In this document: positions 25,190-37,830 of the stretch, in pieces | How positions within the stretch are numbered: position 1 is the first letter of the stretch | Layout of the letters: the number at the start of each line of letters is the position of its first letter | The notes under the pieces: model-generated | What the model was told of the DNA's origin: nothing | The model's input: only the letters and a program-made list of their open reading frames with translations | Databases searched by the model: none | Source of the DNA: Lama glama | Lineage: Eukaryota | DNA: 64,000 bases | Direction: 5' to 3' | Assembly: GCA_028534125.1 (NCBI GenBank) | Contig: CM052831.1 | Location: 248,001-312,000, forward strand | Program-made: the position numbers and the translations under genes

Positions 25190-25490
25190 AATACTCCGCT
25201 CCAGACCATTCGACGAAGGAAAAAAATCTGTTCACCAGACAGTACCGGGACAACTGGAATCCACATGCAGCAGAACGGATTTGGACCTCCGCCTCGCACC
25301 AGACACAAAAAGGAGCTCAAAATGGGTGAGGGCCTGGATGCAGAGCCATCGCTGTGAAGCTACTACGGGAAGACCGTTAGGTCTAGACTGTAAATCGGTG
25401 TGATCTTGGGTTGGGGACTGGCTTCTTAGCTGCCGAACCAGCAGCACAGCCAGTGTGAGAAACACCCTGGGCTTCATCGAGATAAAAACT
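25190..25490 (+). mobile_element. Old, diverged LINE-1 ORF2 fragment
   Basis: ccagaccattc...caactggaatccacatgc...ggacctccgcctcgcaccagacacaaaaaggagctcaaaatgg resembles the L1 ORF2 RT/C-terminal region. Confidence 0.7.
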
Positions 25491-25504
25491 GGGGTCGGCC
25501 GGGG

Positions 25505-26290
25505 AAGAGAAAGAAAATAAACGGGACCTAACCAAACTTACAAGCTTTTGCACAGCAAAGGAGACTATAAACAACGCAAAAAGACAACCTACGGACTGGG
25601 AGAAAACAGTTGTAAACCATGTGAATGACAAGGGCTTAATTTCCAAAAGATACCGACAGCTTATACGGCTAAATAAAAAAACAAATAACCCAGTCAAAAC
25701 ACGGGCAGAAACAGACATTTCTCCAGAGACATCCGGATGGCCAATAGACACGTGAAAAGATGCTCATTGCAGTTTTGACTTGCATGCATTAGAGAAATGC
25801 GAGTCAGAACCACAGTGAGGTATCACCTCACACTGGTCAGAATGGCCATCCTCAGTAAGTCTACAAGCAACGATCCTGGAGAGGGTGTGGAGAAAAGGGA
25901 GCTCTCCTACACTGTTGGTGGGAATGTGATTTGGTGTATCCACTGTGGAAAACAAGTATGGAGATTTCTTTAAAAACTAAAGATAGTAGGTTAGGCACAG
26001 GTAAGTATGATATGACTCCGTGTAGAATCTAAAAAATACAAGTCAACTTATTTAGAAAACAAACAGGCTCACAGACAGGGAAAACAAACTTAACGCTTAC
26101 CAGAGGGAAAGGGGAGGGATAAATTAGGAGTATGGGGTTAATAGACACCACTATATATAAAATAGATAAACAAGGATTTACTGTACGGTACAGAGAACTG
26201 TACTCAATAACTTGTAATAGTCTGTAATGGAAAAGAATCTGAAGTTGTACACCTGAAACTAACAATATTATGAATCAACGATAAATTTTT
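25505..26290 (+). mobile_element. 5'-truncated LINE-1 (ORF2 end plus cetartiodactyl-type 3' UTR) with an internal deletion near 25985
   Basis: gcttttgcacagcaaagg, gaggtatcacctcacactggtcagaatggccatc, gagggtgtggagaaaaggg; 3' UTR motifs agggataaattaggag and gtacacctgaaactaac. Confidence 0.9.
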
Positions 26291-26294
26291 TTGA

Positions 26295-26818
26295 AATCAA
26301 AAAGAAACCTCTTCTGGGTCAAAGAGCAGCAACTCAAGAACAGCCAGTGCAAGAGGGCAGCGGGCAAGGCTTGTGGGAAGGACTCGGAGCATCTGCACTG
26401 CGTGTGTGCCACTGCCCCCAGATCTCCCCGAGTTCACCAACCCAGAATCTCTCCTTTTGGGTTTTTATGGCAGCTTTGTTATAAGGGCATGATTGATACA
26501 TCACTGGCCATTTGTGATTGATTAGACCACCAGCCCCTCTCCTCCCTGGCGGTCAGAGGGTGGGGAAACTGAAAGTTCCAGTCTTCTGGTCACAAGGCTG
26601 GTTGTCCCCCACCCCGACCCCAGGCAACCAGCCCCTGTCCTCAGCGAGGCACAAGATTCACCTTACTAAAATAAATTCAGGTGTGGCCAAAAGGGCCTTG
26701 TTACATGGAAACACTCTTATCACTCTCTTATCACTTAGGAAATGCTAACAGTTTTAGGAGCTCTTCCAGAACCAGGGAGGAAGACCAAATATTTCTTTCT
26801 GTAAATTATTACATCACA
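26295..26818 (-). mobile_element. MER21-like ERV solo LTR
   Basis: gggtttttatgg...gcatgattgat...cagcccctctcc...ctgaaagttcca; reverse complement starts tgtgatg...tatttggtc...gagctcctaaaa. Confidence 0.7.
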
Positions 26819-28003
26819 GAGTTAAAGGAGACCCCTCCATCAAGGGTCCCCGTGGTGGTCAATTTTACACGTCACATGGGTTGGGCCTTTGGGTGTGTCT
26901 GTGAGGGGTTTCCAGGTGAGACTGTGAATGGGAGTACGTCGTAAGGCAGAAGGCGCTCTCCAAAGTAGGTGGCAGGCATCGTGCAGGAAGTCGAGGTCCC
27001 CTCAAGGTGGAGGAAGGAGGAATCTGCCCCTTTTCCTGCCTCACTGGTTGAGCTGGGGCATCTCACCTCCTCCTGCCCTGGACTGGGACTTAAACCAGCT
27101 CCCCTGGTTCTCAGGCCTCCGTCTCAGACTGAGTTGACCCCCGCACCCCCCCCACCAGCTTTCCTGGGTCTCCAGCGGGCGTGACATACACAGTGTCTAT
27201 GTCCATCTGTAGGCAGATCCCTGCCTGTATTACAACACATGGATGTATATTTGCATGCATCTGCTGTGGCTTCTCTGGAGAACCCCAGTGCAGACACAGA
27301 TTCAAGTCCGAGCAGAGGCCATGCAGGTCACACAAAAGGGAGGAGCAGGCAGGAGGAAGAAGCAGCAGCTCATGCCCAAGAATAAACAGCAAACACACCT
27401 GGCCTTGCCCTGGAGGACAGTAGAGATGGGTGGGGACTGTGGCAAATGGAAAAAGCAAGCCCGAGGGGCCAGGAGTGCACGTGTGGCCTAATCTTCTGAT
27501 TGCTTTGAATTACTCAAAATTTGGATTTTTAAGTGCAATCTCCCATTCTGTAAAAACTGGTGACAAAGTCAAAAACTTTTTAAAGAGGGCAGGCCAAAGA
27601 AAACCCAACAGTAGGTCAAGCCCAGCCCTGGCCCCCAGGATAGGGGCCCCTCGGAAAGCCCAAGGCCAGGGAGCTCGTTGCTCCGCTGAGCCCCCGCACT
27701 GGCCCAGGCTGGCCGGCGAGGAAAGCCTGTGGGGCCGGGCAGTTTCGGGTTCCCAGAGAGCAGAAGCTGCCCTGGGAGAGGCTCTGAGACCTTCACAGCC
27801 TGCGGCCTGCAAGGCCGCCAAGCCTGCACCCGTCGGGGCCAGCTGGTTCTATCTTGACAATCGTGATGAAAACATTTCTCAGTGGACTGCAAGTCTCTGC
27901 TTTCTTGAAAAGTAAGACTGAGCTGGACACGCTGAGCAGCCACACTGTTCCATCCCTTATCAACTGGCGGGAAAACTTCACATTGTAAGAGCTGTGAGCC
28001 AGG

Positions 28004-28009
28004 TTTATT
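28004..28009 (-). terminator. UROC1: UROC1 poly(A) signal AATAAA
   Basis: tttatt on + strand, ~730 nt downstream of the UROC1 stop. Confidence 0.7.
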
Positions 28010-28738
28010 CAGGGTCTCACCAAGGACCACTTTCTACTGTGCACATTGCTGCCCAGACAACACCGGGGTTTGGTTAGTTCGAGAGAAGGCGGAATGGCCA
28101 CTGGGGAGGAGGCGAGTAGTGTGATGGTTGAGGACTCAGCCCCCCACGGGATGGGGAGGGGAGGGGTGTCAAGTTTTCTGTGGCTCCTTAGAGACCCGTC
28201 CCCTGAACTCTTTCTCAATTCTTTGTTGAGGCTGAGTCATTTTTAGGCCTGATGTGGGCCCGGCTGGGGCTCTGCTGAGGCTGGGAACTAACGAGAGTGA
28301 GGGGCAGGTCACAGCAGGGCGCTCTGCACAACAAGGTCATGGCGACCCCGCGTGGACAGCAGCACAGGGGTGGGGGGCAGCCTCCGCCTAGTTCCCTGGA
28401 GGCCCTAGGCACACGGAAGGAAGGCAGCGGCTGAATGAGAACCTGACCGAAGGAAATCCTGCCCCTTGGAGGGAGGCGGTGCCCAGCTCAGCCAGGGTTC
28501 ACCGCAGGAGCACCTGGAGCCAGGCGCCCGCCCTGAGCAAGAGCCTCACGGCCTCCCAGGCCCCCAGCAGAGCTGCGCGGTGATGCAGAGGGCCCGCCAG
28601 TCTGGCCTCAGCCGATCCGTCTTCAAACGGGGACGGGACGTGGTGGCCCTCCCTGAGGGTGATGGGCCCGGATCAGGGCAGTGGGCAGCAGCAGGTGTGG
28701 TGTGGTTGTCGGTGAGGATGGGTGGCTCTCAGCCCCCC

Positions 28739-28879
28739 TCACGGCCGCAGGGCCTGCTGGAGCACACGCTCATCGGCCACCTCGTGGGGCAGTGTCACCA
28801 CCAGGCCCCTGATCTCCTCCATTGTCCGGCAGATGGTCTCGTGGGCCTTCTGGTTCCCGGACCAACAGCGGCGGGCCAC
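28739..28879 (-). CDS. UROC1: UROC1 exon 20
   Basis: VARRCWSGNQKAHETICRTMEEIRGLVVTLPHEVADERVLQQALRP*. Confidence 0.95.
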   Translation of the reverse strand: MARRCWSGNQKAHETICRTMEEIRGLVVTLPHEVADERVLQQALRP

Positions 28880-29525
28880 CTGCCGGCAGGGCGGGGACAC
28901 CGCTGGTTCCCACAGGGCGGCCTGGACCCTTATGGCCAGGCGCCTCCTGGTGCGGACCTCTGCCAGTGTTTGCCCCCCACCTCCTCTCTCGGCCCCTGAT
29001 CTGACTCTGGCCTCCCTCTGCCAAGCCTCCTCACCTCCAGGCTAAGCCCCCCCACCTCCAGGCCGAGCCCCCTATGTCATCCTCATCTTCGGAGCACACG
29101 GATCTCAGCTCTGCCTTCAGATCTCTCTCCCTCCCACTTCTTTCTCTCCGTCCGGTCCAGCGTCATCAGGGCTACCCTGGACAGTGGCCTTGGCACCTCC
29201 CCGCCTCCTGCTACATTCCTGCTAGCACCCCCAAACCTTCCCCACTCATTCCCTCACTGCCACACTGCCTTCAACACAAAAACCACCCCTCTGCTGGGGG
29301 CTCCCTGGGAGTCAGCCCCCCAGGGGACCCTTCAGCCCCTACTCTCAGGCTTAACCCCTGGGCCACCCAACGTCTAACTCCTTGGCCCTCGCATTGGGCT
29401 CCCCAAGCCCCAGCCCCGTGTCACTCATGTCTGCACGTACCCGCCCCAGTCACCACCTGGCGTCCCGTCTGCACTACTTCCCCCTTCCGGCCTGTGACGT
29501 GGTCACCAAGAGGGACGGAACCCCA

Positions 29526-29680
29526 GCAAGACACACACACGCACGCACGCACGCACACACCCGCACACACACACACCTGAACGCACACACACTCCCGCAC
29601 GCGGGCACACACACACACCCGAACGCACACACACCCCCTGCACGCGGATGCACGCACACACACACCCGCACACACGATTG
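29526..29680. repeat. Degenerate (CA)n/(CACG)n microsatellite
   Basis: cacacacacgcacgcacgcacgcacacacccgcacacacac... in UROC1 intron 19. Confidence 0.85.
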
Positions 29681-29992
29681 TGCTGCAGAAAGCAGATCAC
29701 AGCTGTACCAGCTCAAGACGCTGTGCGCTCTGCCTGCCTTCAGAGCCTGGGGGAAGATGGCATCTTACAGGGAGGTGGGGGTGGGGGAAGGGTCTCACCG
29801 CCGGGACCCCCATGCGGACAGAGGCTGGACTGGAAACAGCCCAGGTGAGCGGGGGCATCTGGTGAGCAGGGAGCCCTGGCAGAGGCTGGGGAGGAGGATG
29901 CCAGACTGCTTCCTGGGTGGGCATCCCGGGTCCACAGTCTGGAGGGGCAGTGCCAGCCATGGGGAGAGGGGTGGGGGCCTGGAGACACTCAC

Positions 29993-30092
29993 TCCGTTGG
30001 AGACGTCCCAGCTGAGCACCATCTTGGCCTTCTGCTCGGCCTCCAGGGTCCCGTCCAGCACGAGGCCAAATCCCCCGTTGATCACCTCTCCC
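29993..30092 (-). CDS. UROC1: UROC1 exon 19
   Basis: GEVINGGFGLVLDGTLEAEQKAKMVLSWDVSNG|gtgagt. Confidence 0.95.
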
Positions 30093-33000
30093 CTGCGAGA
30101 GGCAAAGCGTTTCCGGGTCACTCCCGGGTCCTGACCCTGCGAGGGGCAGGCACATCCGGGAAGAGGGCTCCGTTGGTCCCCGCGCCTTCGCGCTTCACCC
30201 TGCGGCCCCCACGTCCACCTTCAGGGCCGCTACGTGCTGCCCCTGGGGGGATGGGGCCACCTTCTCCCTGCGCAGACGCCAGGAACCCCGGGGGTCCTGC
30301 TCCGGCAGCTCCCCTCCTGCCATCCTCTGAGCTCTTTGTCCGCCTCATTCCTCTTCCTGATCGCTTTAGGCGTATTTTGGGGTCCTGATGACTTGGGGGC
30401 CGAGTCCCTTTGTTTTCAGTACTTCTTCTTTCCTAGTGAACCCATTTCTTGGACGGCCTCCTCTACCGGCCACTCGTGTCTGAGCAGGCGTCATTCGTGT
30501 CTCACCTGGGCTTGCAGGCGCTGGTCCCCCCACTGCTGGCCCTGCGGTTCTTGTCCATCCGCGGGGGGAATCTCTCCCCCCAGCACCCCAGATCCGTCCT
30601 CACCCTTCTGCTGGACATGGCTCCTGCTGGACGTGGGCACAGCCCCTGCCCAGCACACGTCCCTGACCCCAGCCCCCTTTGGTCACACACACGGGAAACG
30701 CCTTTGATCCGGTCAGCACCTGCCAGGCGTCACTGCCAAACACCAACCCCTGGGACCCCGGCATCCACTCCCAGCCCCTCCCCGTGGTCCCACACCCGCA
30801 GCGTCCTCGTCTCCCTCAACTCTGACCCTTCAGGGCCGTCCTGCCTCACCTGCTTCTCTGCCCGGCCGGACCCCACTGACAACTCCAGCCAGCTCCCACC
30901 AGGAGGTAAGGACTCCCGGCCCATGGCCCTGCAGCTGAGCTCCCAGCAGTCCCGCAGCCTTGGGGTGGAGGAGGCTCCCGGCAGAGTTAAGGTCACCATT
31001 CACCTGTCGGGGGCTGGTGCTGAGTAGCAGGTGGGAAAGCAGGCGGCAGCCACAGTGGCCAAGTAAGGGCCCCGACGTGTCCTCTGACCAGGGGGCTCTT
31101 TTGGAGATTAGGATGACATCGTTTATTTTGGGAACCTGAATCCCAGATGGTCAGAGAGCCAAAGCGCTCAGCTCCAGGTGACCCTGCAAACCCTGCCAGG
31201 AGGAGCCCTGAGGCCAGGAAGAGGGTGAGGACTGCGACTGAGCAGCAGGTGAGGGGCAACTCCCAGAAGGGGCGGGACAGCGAACCGTCCGCTGAGAAGA
31301 ACACAGAAGCAGAACCCCACCTCCCAGGTGGCAAGGGTCAGTGCAAGACGTGCCAACGAAGGAAGCACCAAATCCTAGGATGAACAGAGAAGGAGCGCGC
31401 AGCTCAGGGACAGTGCCAGCGGGGGACCCATCCCGGCTCCTTCCTAAGTGACGGGTGGAGGGCTCGCCCACAGGTGGGCCAGGCCTCCCCCAGTCCCCGT
31501 GCGCGGCGGACCCGGGTGCGGCGGCCTCTCGGATGCGACCGTGGAGGCGCAGAGGTGAGCTGACGTGTCAGCGTCTCAGGAAACACCCACCCACACGTCG
31601 TGCACGACGGCAGCTCTGGCGACTATAACTAGTTCACTGAATCTTCACCGCGAGCCTGCAGAGCACAGTGTCATCACGACCACTTGTTTCTGAGAAACAA
31701 GCTCAGCGCAACTGTGTAGACAGATCTGCCTCGAAACCCACACTCCTGATTGTGCGAGCTGCTACTGCCCTGGGGGCCCGAGTGCCCAGCAGGCGGAGGG
31801 GGGCCCGGGCAGGGATGCTGGACCTCCCCTACTCCAACCTGCCGTTGGAGTCTGCATCTTAATGCGCACGTCCGAGCTCCGGATGGGCTCTAGTGAGGGA
31901 GAACGTCCGTGTTTGGAGGAAGACGTGGGCCGGATACACGCAGTGATTCCTCACACACGCGGGGCCCTGGGGCTTGATCCGGGGGTGACAGCAACGGTGA
32001 CGACACAGGGAGTGGGGGGAAGCCTCAGCTCCCACAGGCGGCCCTGTCCCCACGCAGCTCCTGGAACTGGACGGACAGAGACCACAGCAGCTTGACGGAG
32101 CTGTCCACCCTGCCCCAGACCAGACTGGCCCCCGACTCCCCCGCTCTGCAGCCCACAGTCCAAAGGGCGCCCTGTCTAACTGGGAGCAGACAGCAGAGAC
32201 CGCCGGGCAGACGGCACAGGACAGATGCCTGCATGCGATGAGAATGGAGCTCCGCGGAGACAGGGCAGCTCCGGGAGCAGAGAGGGGCCCGCCGCTGACC
32301 CCGATCAGCTCGGAAACGGGAGCCAGCCAACAGCGTCAAAGCTGAAAGCGAGTCAGGAAGTGTCAGGCAGCTCCCATCTGAGAACGTGCTTTTTCCGTAC
32401 AACAGAGCAAAAGATACAGCTGGAGCTGGAAGGAAGAAAGGCCACGGGACGGGACGCTTTTCCCACTGACCCCGCCTTGGGGCTTGCAGGAGTGTCTGAC
32501 GGGCTCAGACACACACGTGCGTGTCTGATAGGGTCCTTCCCCAAAGGAGCCCTCGAGGGCAGCCAGGACAAGGGCCCTATGCCAGCACCTCCCCACCTGC
32601 GCCTGTCAGAGCCTGGGGGCGGCCTGGGGGCTGCACCCCCTCCCAGAGCCAGGGGGCAGAGCCAGCAGCGACCATGTGCCTGGGTCCTCAGCCCTGCACG
32701 CTCTCAGGTGCTCGGTTCCGCCCCGCCTGGCCCTCTGCGTCCTATCAGCAACGCCATGGATCCTGGGCCACGAGGGGTCTGGGTCCAAATCCAGCTCCAC
32801 CCCCAGCTGGGTCCCTCCTTCTGAGTCACTCTGTCACCTCCAGAACCAACTCAGCAAACCCAGTGCCGAGACACCTGGCGCCCAGTAACCAGGCACTGTC
32901 CCCGTCTGGATTTTGTCGGCCTGTGTATCCATGGTCACGTTTTCCATTAATTAGGGCCACGTGACTGGGTGGCTCCAAATTCGTCCTCGAAGGGCCTGAG

Positions 33001-33368
33001 GGCAAGTCAGCCCACAGGGCGCTCCCGGAGGCTGCATCGCTTTGGACTTGGCTCTGGAGGACAAGGCCGGGCCTGATCAGGCCAAAGCGGGCTCAGAGGT
33101 AGGTTCAGGGATGGCCGGCAGCCTGCGGATCTGTCCTCTGTGAAGCCGCGGCACCCTTTGCTGCCGCGAGGGGCTAGGAACCCGCAGTGGCCAGAGCTCC
33201 CCAGGAGACCCCCGCAGGCACAGCCAGGTGTCTCGGTTTCCTTGTCACTAAATGTGTTTCTTGCCCGAGATTAGGTGAGAGAGTGGATTCAAAGAGTTTA
33301 GCAAATGCTTGCCACATGGTCCACTTGCAGTAAATATTATTCATTATTCTTCGCAGTGAATGTGACAT

Positions 33369-34170
33369 TGTGATTTGTAGTAAGAGATAAACATTTGGTC
33401 TTCGTCCCGTCCCTGGCCCAGAGCTCCAAAGACCCTCGGAACTCCCTGCGATGAGCAGGGTACGAATGTCTTCCGTTGCACTAAGGAAACCTCCAGAACT
33501 CACCCGAGGGCGGGGCGGGGCTGGCCGCCAGCGGGGTCCACGGCGCGACCAGCCGGCCTTCTGAGGTCGGGGGCGCTGAGTCAGTCACTGTCAGCCAACG
33601 ATTCAGTCACTCGTGCCCGTGTAAGGGAACTCCCACAAACCCCCAAAGTACGGGTCTGGGGGGCTTCCGGGTTGGGGAACCAGACCAATGCCACGGGCCG
33701 GGCCTGGACTCCACGAGGTCAGGAGCTCCTTTGGGTCCTCACCCCACATATCTCCTCATCTGCCTGTTGATTCATGTCCTTTGGTATCTTCCCTGATAAG
33801 TCAGTAATCTCACGAGTAAACGGGTTCCCTGCAAACTGTGAGCCGCTCTAGCAAATCAGTGGACCCTGAGGAGGGGTTCCCAGGAACCCTGAGCGATGGC
33901 TGGTCCAGTCGGGCAGAAGCACAGGTGACACCGTGGACTTTCTTGCGACTGGAGTCAGAAGTGGGGGGCAATGGAGGTGGGGGTGGGGGCCAGCCTGTGG
34001 GACTGAGCCCTCCACCGGTGGGTGTCATCTCCGGCGACAGTGTCAGAACTGAGTTGAACTGCAGGACACCCAGCTGGTGTCGAAAACCCCGCGCGTCGGA
34101 CTTGGGTGCAGAGTTAAGGGATGTCTCCACAGGGGACGGCACTGTGACCCAGAAGAGAATCTCCCAGAAA
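33369..34170 (+). mobile_element. MER21-like ERV solo LTR
   Basis: Starts tgtgatttgtagtaagagataaacatttggtc...cagagctcc; later ctgtgggactgagccct and gtgtcagaactgagttgaactgcaggacacccagctggtgtc. Confidence 0.7.
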
Positions 34171-34519
34171 CCCACCTCGTGGCGCAGGCTGGAGACAGGC
34201 CCAGCAGAGCAGAGCCCAGAAACCGGGTCCCCGCCTCCCAGCCCAGCGGCCCTGGCGGAGTGAGAACTCGGGGCCGGGCCAGCCTGAGGTCTCCCAGGAA
34301 ACATCTGTGGGCGCGTCATGGAGACGACGGGTAGGCTGTGCTCTGGCACCCACAGCAGCCTCGGTGTCCCACCCGACAGGCGAGACCCCAAAGCTCCAGT
34401 CACGTCAGAGACACCATCAGCAGAGGGAGCTTGGAGAGGCAGGCCCAGGACCCTCGGGGGACCCCCCAAGATTCCTCGTGAGCCCCGCCCACACCCCCGG
34501 GTCCCCAGAACCTTCTTAC

Positions 34520-34601
34520 CAGCCGACACCCCCGCCGTTGTGAAGAGCAACCCAGGTGGCTCCTCGGAAGGCATCTCCCACGAAGTTCTGCACAGCCATG
34601 T
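34520..34601 (-). CDS. UROC1: UROC1 exon 18
   Basis: DMAVQNFVGDAFRGATWVALHNGGGVGW|gtaaga. Confidence 0.95.
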
Positions 34602-35569
34602 CTGCGGAATCAGAGCCCGTCAGCCCCTGAGCGCAGCGGCAGGGCCTGAGGACCGACGGGAACCAGGGAGGGCGACTCTAGGAGCAGCAGTAACGTCCGT
34701 CTCCAGAGCTGAGCGAGCAGGAGCCCCGGACGAGGGCCGGACCACCACCACTGCCACCTGCGCCGCTTGCTCCTCAGCTCTGAGGGCCTGCACAGTGCCC
34801 ACAGGAACGACGACAGAGGACGTCCAAGGGACGTGGTGGCGGTTTGATCTCAGATGACAGAGCATCCCTGCCACCCTGAACACACACCCACAAAGGGCGA
34901 GGGACAAAGTAACGGCCGTTCTTGGCCCCAGCAGAGGACTGAGGTCCCAGGGCAGTGACTACCGGGCCTGTGGGAGGTGGACCTGAGCCTCAGGCATCTG
35001 AGGACTCGCTCAAGGACAGACTGGGATGGCCCGAGATGCAAGGCCCCAGGACAGGGATCAGGGATGGAGGGGTCGGCACTCTGCTGCGAGCTCCACCCCC
35101 AAACCCCTGCCAGTGCCCATGGAGAAGAGGAGGGCTCCTGGGGACGCACTACGGGTCCTCCCTGCAGCCTCCTGAGACGCCACAGCTCTGTCCACAGCTC
35201 AGCATAAGCCCTGAGAAACTGATTCCAGGCTTTGGAGCTTCAGGGCCGCAAGGGAATACACCTGTGCTGTTTCCAGCCTCCAAGTGTGTGGCCACAGGAC
35301 AGAAATGTGAACTATGTTAGTGCCAGAGAGCGTCCGAGCAAGCAGGTCGTCAAGGGTAAAGGGACATCCCGCAGCAACGGGCAGGGCGGGTCTCCAGGAA
35401 GACACCACAACCTGACAGCACAGCTTTAAAACGCGCACAGCAAGGTGGCTAAGAGCTGAAAGGAGAGCAGACGACCCGAAGGAGAGTGGGGCCATCACCG
35501 CCATCTCTCAGGGGTTCGCGGACAAGCAGGCAGACAGGCAGGCAGGCAGCAGGGTCCGGAGGACAGGAA

Positions 35570-36250
35570 CAGGACTTGAGCAGCCGCCCAAACACAGTGG
35601 AGTACACCCTCCTCCCAAGTGTGCCCAGGTGGACCACATTCTGGCCGCAACACAACCCGTAACACATTTTAAAGAACAGAATGTTTTCAGACTATAAAGG
35701 AATGAATAAAGTCAGCAACAGAAAGATGTTTGAAAAATCTCCCCAAACGTGGAAATGTTAAAAGATCCTTCTAAATAACCCATGGATCCAAGAGAATGTC
35801 TCAAAAGAAGTTTAAAAATATTTCAAGCTGAATGAAAATGAAAATACATTATGTAAAAGTTGTTGAGTGCAGCTAAAGGAGTGCTTAGAGGGAAATTTAT
35901 GGCCTTAAAACACTATTATTAGAAGAGAAAAAAGGTTTAAAATCAGTAACCTCAGCTTCCACCTCATGAAACCGGAGAAGAAACAGCAAATGAAACCCAG
36001 AGTGAACAGGAAGGCGGTCGTGCTAAAGTCAGAGCAGAAATCAATGAATTCGGAAGCAGGGAAACAATAGAAAAACTCAATTAAACTAAAAGCTGCTTCT
36101 TCGAGATCAACAAAACTGACAAACTTCTGCCCAGACTGACCGAGGAAAAGAAAGAGGACACCAGTGACCAGCGGCAGCACGGCTGACCCCAGACACTGAA
36201 CACAGCACAGGAGTCTGACTCTGAGCCCGTGGAGTCCGTGAGCCAGGAAG
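35570..36250 (+). mobile_element. Old LINE-1 ORF2 fragment (endonuclease/linker region)
   Basis: ccttctaaataacccatggatccaagag, gctgaatgaaaatgaaaatac, gcagctaaaggagtgcttagagggaaatttatggc, cttcttcgagatcaacaaaactgacaaac. Confidence 0.85.
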
Positions 36251-36753
36251 CAGCGATGTGGACGGTGCTCCTGAGGGTCCTCCCCTCAGGGACCCATCCC
36301 ACAGCGGGGAGCCCCAGGGCTGGGGATGAGAAGGCCCCCGAGCGGAACGCAGCAGCCCTGTGGTGACTGAAGTGGTCCCCTCGCCGACCGCGGGCTGCAG
36401 GCGCAGACGTAACGCCGTGCAGAGCGCACGTCGTTCTTCACGACAGCCCTGAGGGGTAGGGGCTGCTGCCGTCTCCTCTGCGCAGACGGGACCCTGAGCA
36501 TCCCCCGGCGCGTGAGGGTCCAGGCGCACCCAGTCTGGGCGTGGCCCTGCGGGGCCCGCCTGGCACCTCCCCGGTTTACAACTGCAAGTCCCACGCCCCA
36601 GAACCCACTCCGTCCTGGGCTGGTCACCCTGTGCCACGCCCCCCGGATGCCAGCACCTTTTCCACAGCATCATGACTGAATGAATGAAGCAACTGATTTT
36701 TAAATAAAACCCAAATCCAACACAGAAACATTTAACCTCGCTGTCTCCCTCAC

Positions 36754-36853
36754 CCGCACAGAAGGCAGAGCCGTCATGAATGTTGGAGGTCTCCCTAAAC
36801 GGGCTGTCGGTGCCGCTGACATCATGGTGGTCTCGGCTCAGCACCACAGGCGC
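36754..36853 (-). CDS. UROC1: UROC1 exon 17
   Basis: APVVLSRDHHDVSGTDSPFRETSNIHDGSAFCA. Confidence 0.95.
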
Positions 36854-37731
36854 CTGCCATGGGGAAGGACACAGAGGTCAGCCAACAGCATCCACGTGCT
36901 GCCCCGCGCAGGGCGGAGCTCAAGGGTCAGTGCATGCCAGGCGCCTGCCGGGTCCCCCCTGGAAAACGGACCTTCGGGGAGGGGGAAGCACAGGCATTTC
37001 CAGCACCCCCAGGCTCCTCAGAGACGCACGGACCTGGGCACTTACCGTCCCCCCGGGGCCCTGTGTGGCTCTCTGAGCGTCCTCAACCCCACCCGCACTG
37101 TCATCCCTACTTTACAGACAGGAAGCCTGCAGCCCAGAGAGGACAGGACACCTCCCAGCCTGGCGGGGCCGCAGGGATTGCAACCTGCACCAGCGGTCCC
37201 GGGCCCTCACGGCCCCCACGTCCGGGGAGCTGCCGTGTGCTCGTCACGCCGGGGCCTCTGGACGGACACCCCTGCCCGTGTGCCCACAGCGCCCTCCACC
37301 TGGACCCGTCTGCCCTGCCCTCTGCTCAGCGCCCAGTGTTAGAACGAGCCCTGCGCAGAAGAGGCTGGAGGGAAGGAAGGGAGGGAGGGAGGAGGAAGAT
37401 GCTGCCCCGTCAGCCCCACGCGGTGAGCGAGGTGGGCTGGGACGACCAGGAGGAAAATGGGGAGAAGCCAGGGAAGTCTGCCACAGCTTGACAGAGACAG
37501 TTCAACAGAGCTGCACGAAACACTTGTGGGGAAGCCCCCTCCCACACGCAGGGGTTACGTGAGCCTCCTCTCTGAGACGGGGCTCAGGGAGGGCACCCGA
37601 CGGCCCAGAGTCACAAAGCAGGGACCGTGTCAGAGCCCAGATTGGAGGGCAGGCCTCCTCCCTCCTGGGACCCCGGCTGGCTCTGGGGCGAGGAGCCCAG
37701 GGGAGCCCCCCCACAGCGCAGGACAGGCCAC

Positions 37732-37830
37732 CTTGATCTCCCCCCGAGCAATGGCTTGGTTGAAGGCCACAGCGATGGCCACACGGCCTTTCTGGTCTGA
37801 GTACAGGATCCTCGCCTGGGAGCCCACCAC
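37732..37830 (-). CDS. UROC1: UROC1 exon 16
   Basis: VVGSQARILYSDQKGRVAIAVAFNQAIARGEIK. Confidence 0.95.

Noticed and set aside
31596-31609. Perfect 14-bp palindrome CGTCGTGCACGACG
   Set aside because: A single short palindrome is expected occasionally in 64 kb of GC-rich DNA; it does not match the MRE consensus (TGCRCNC) and has no supporting context.
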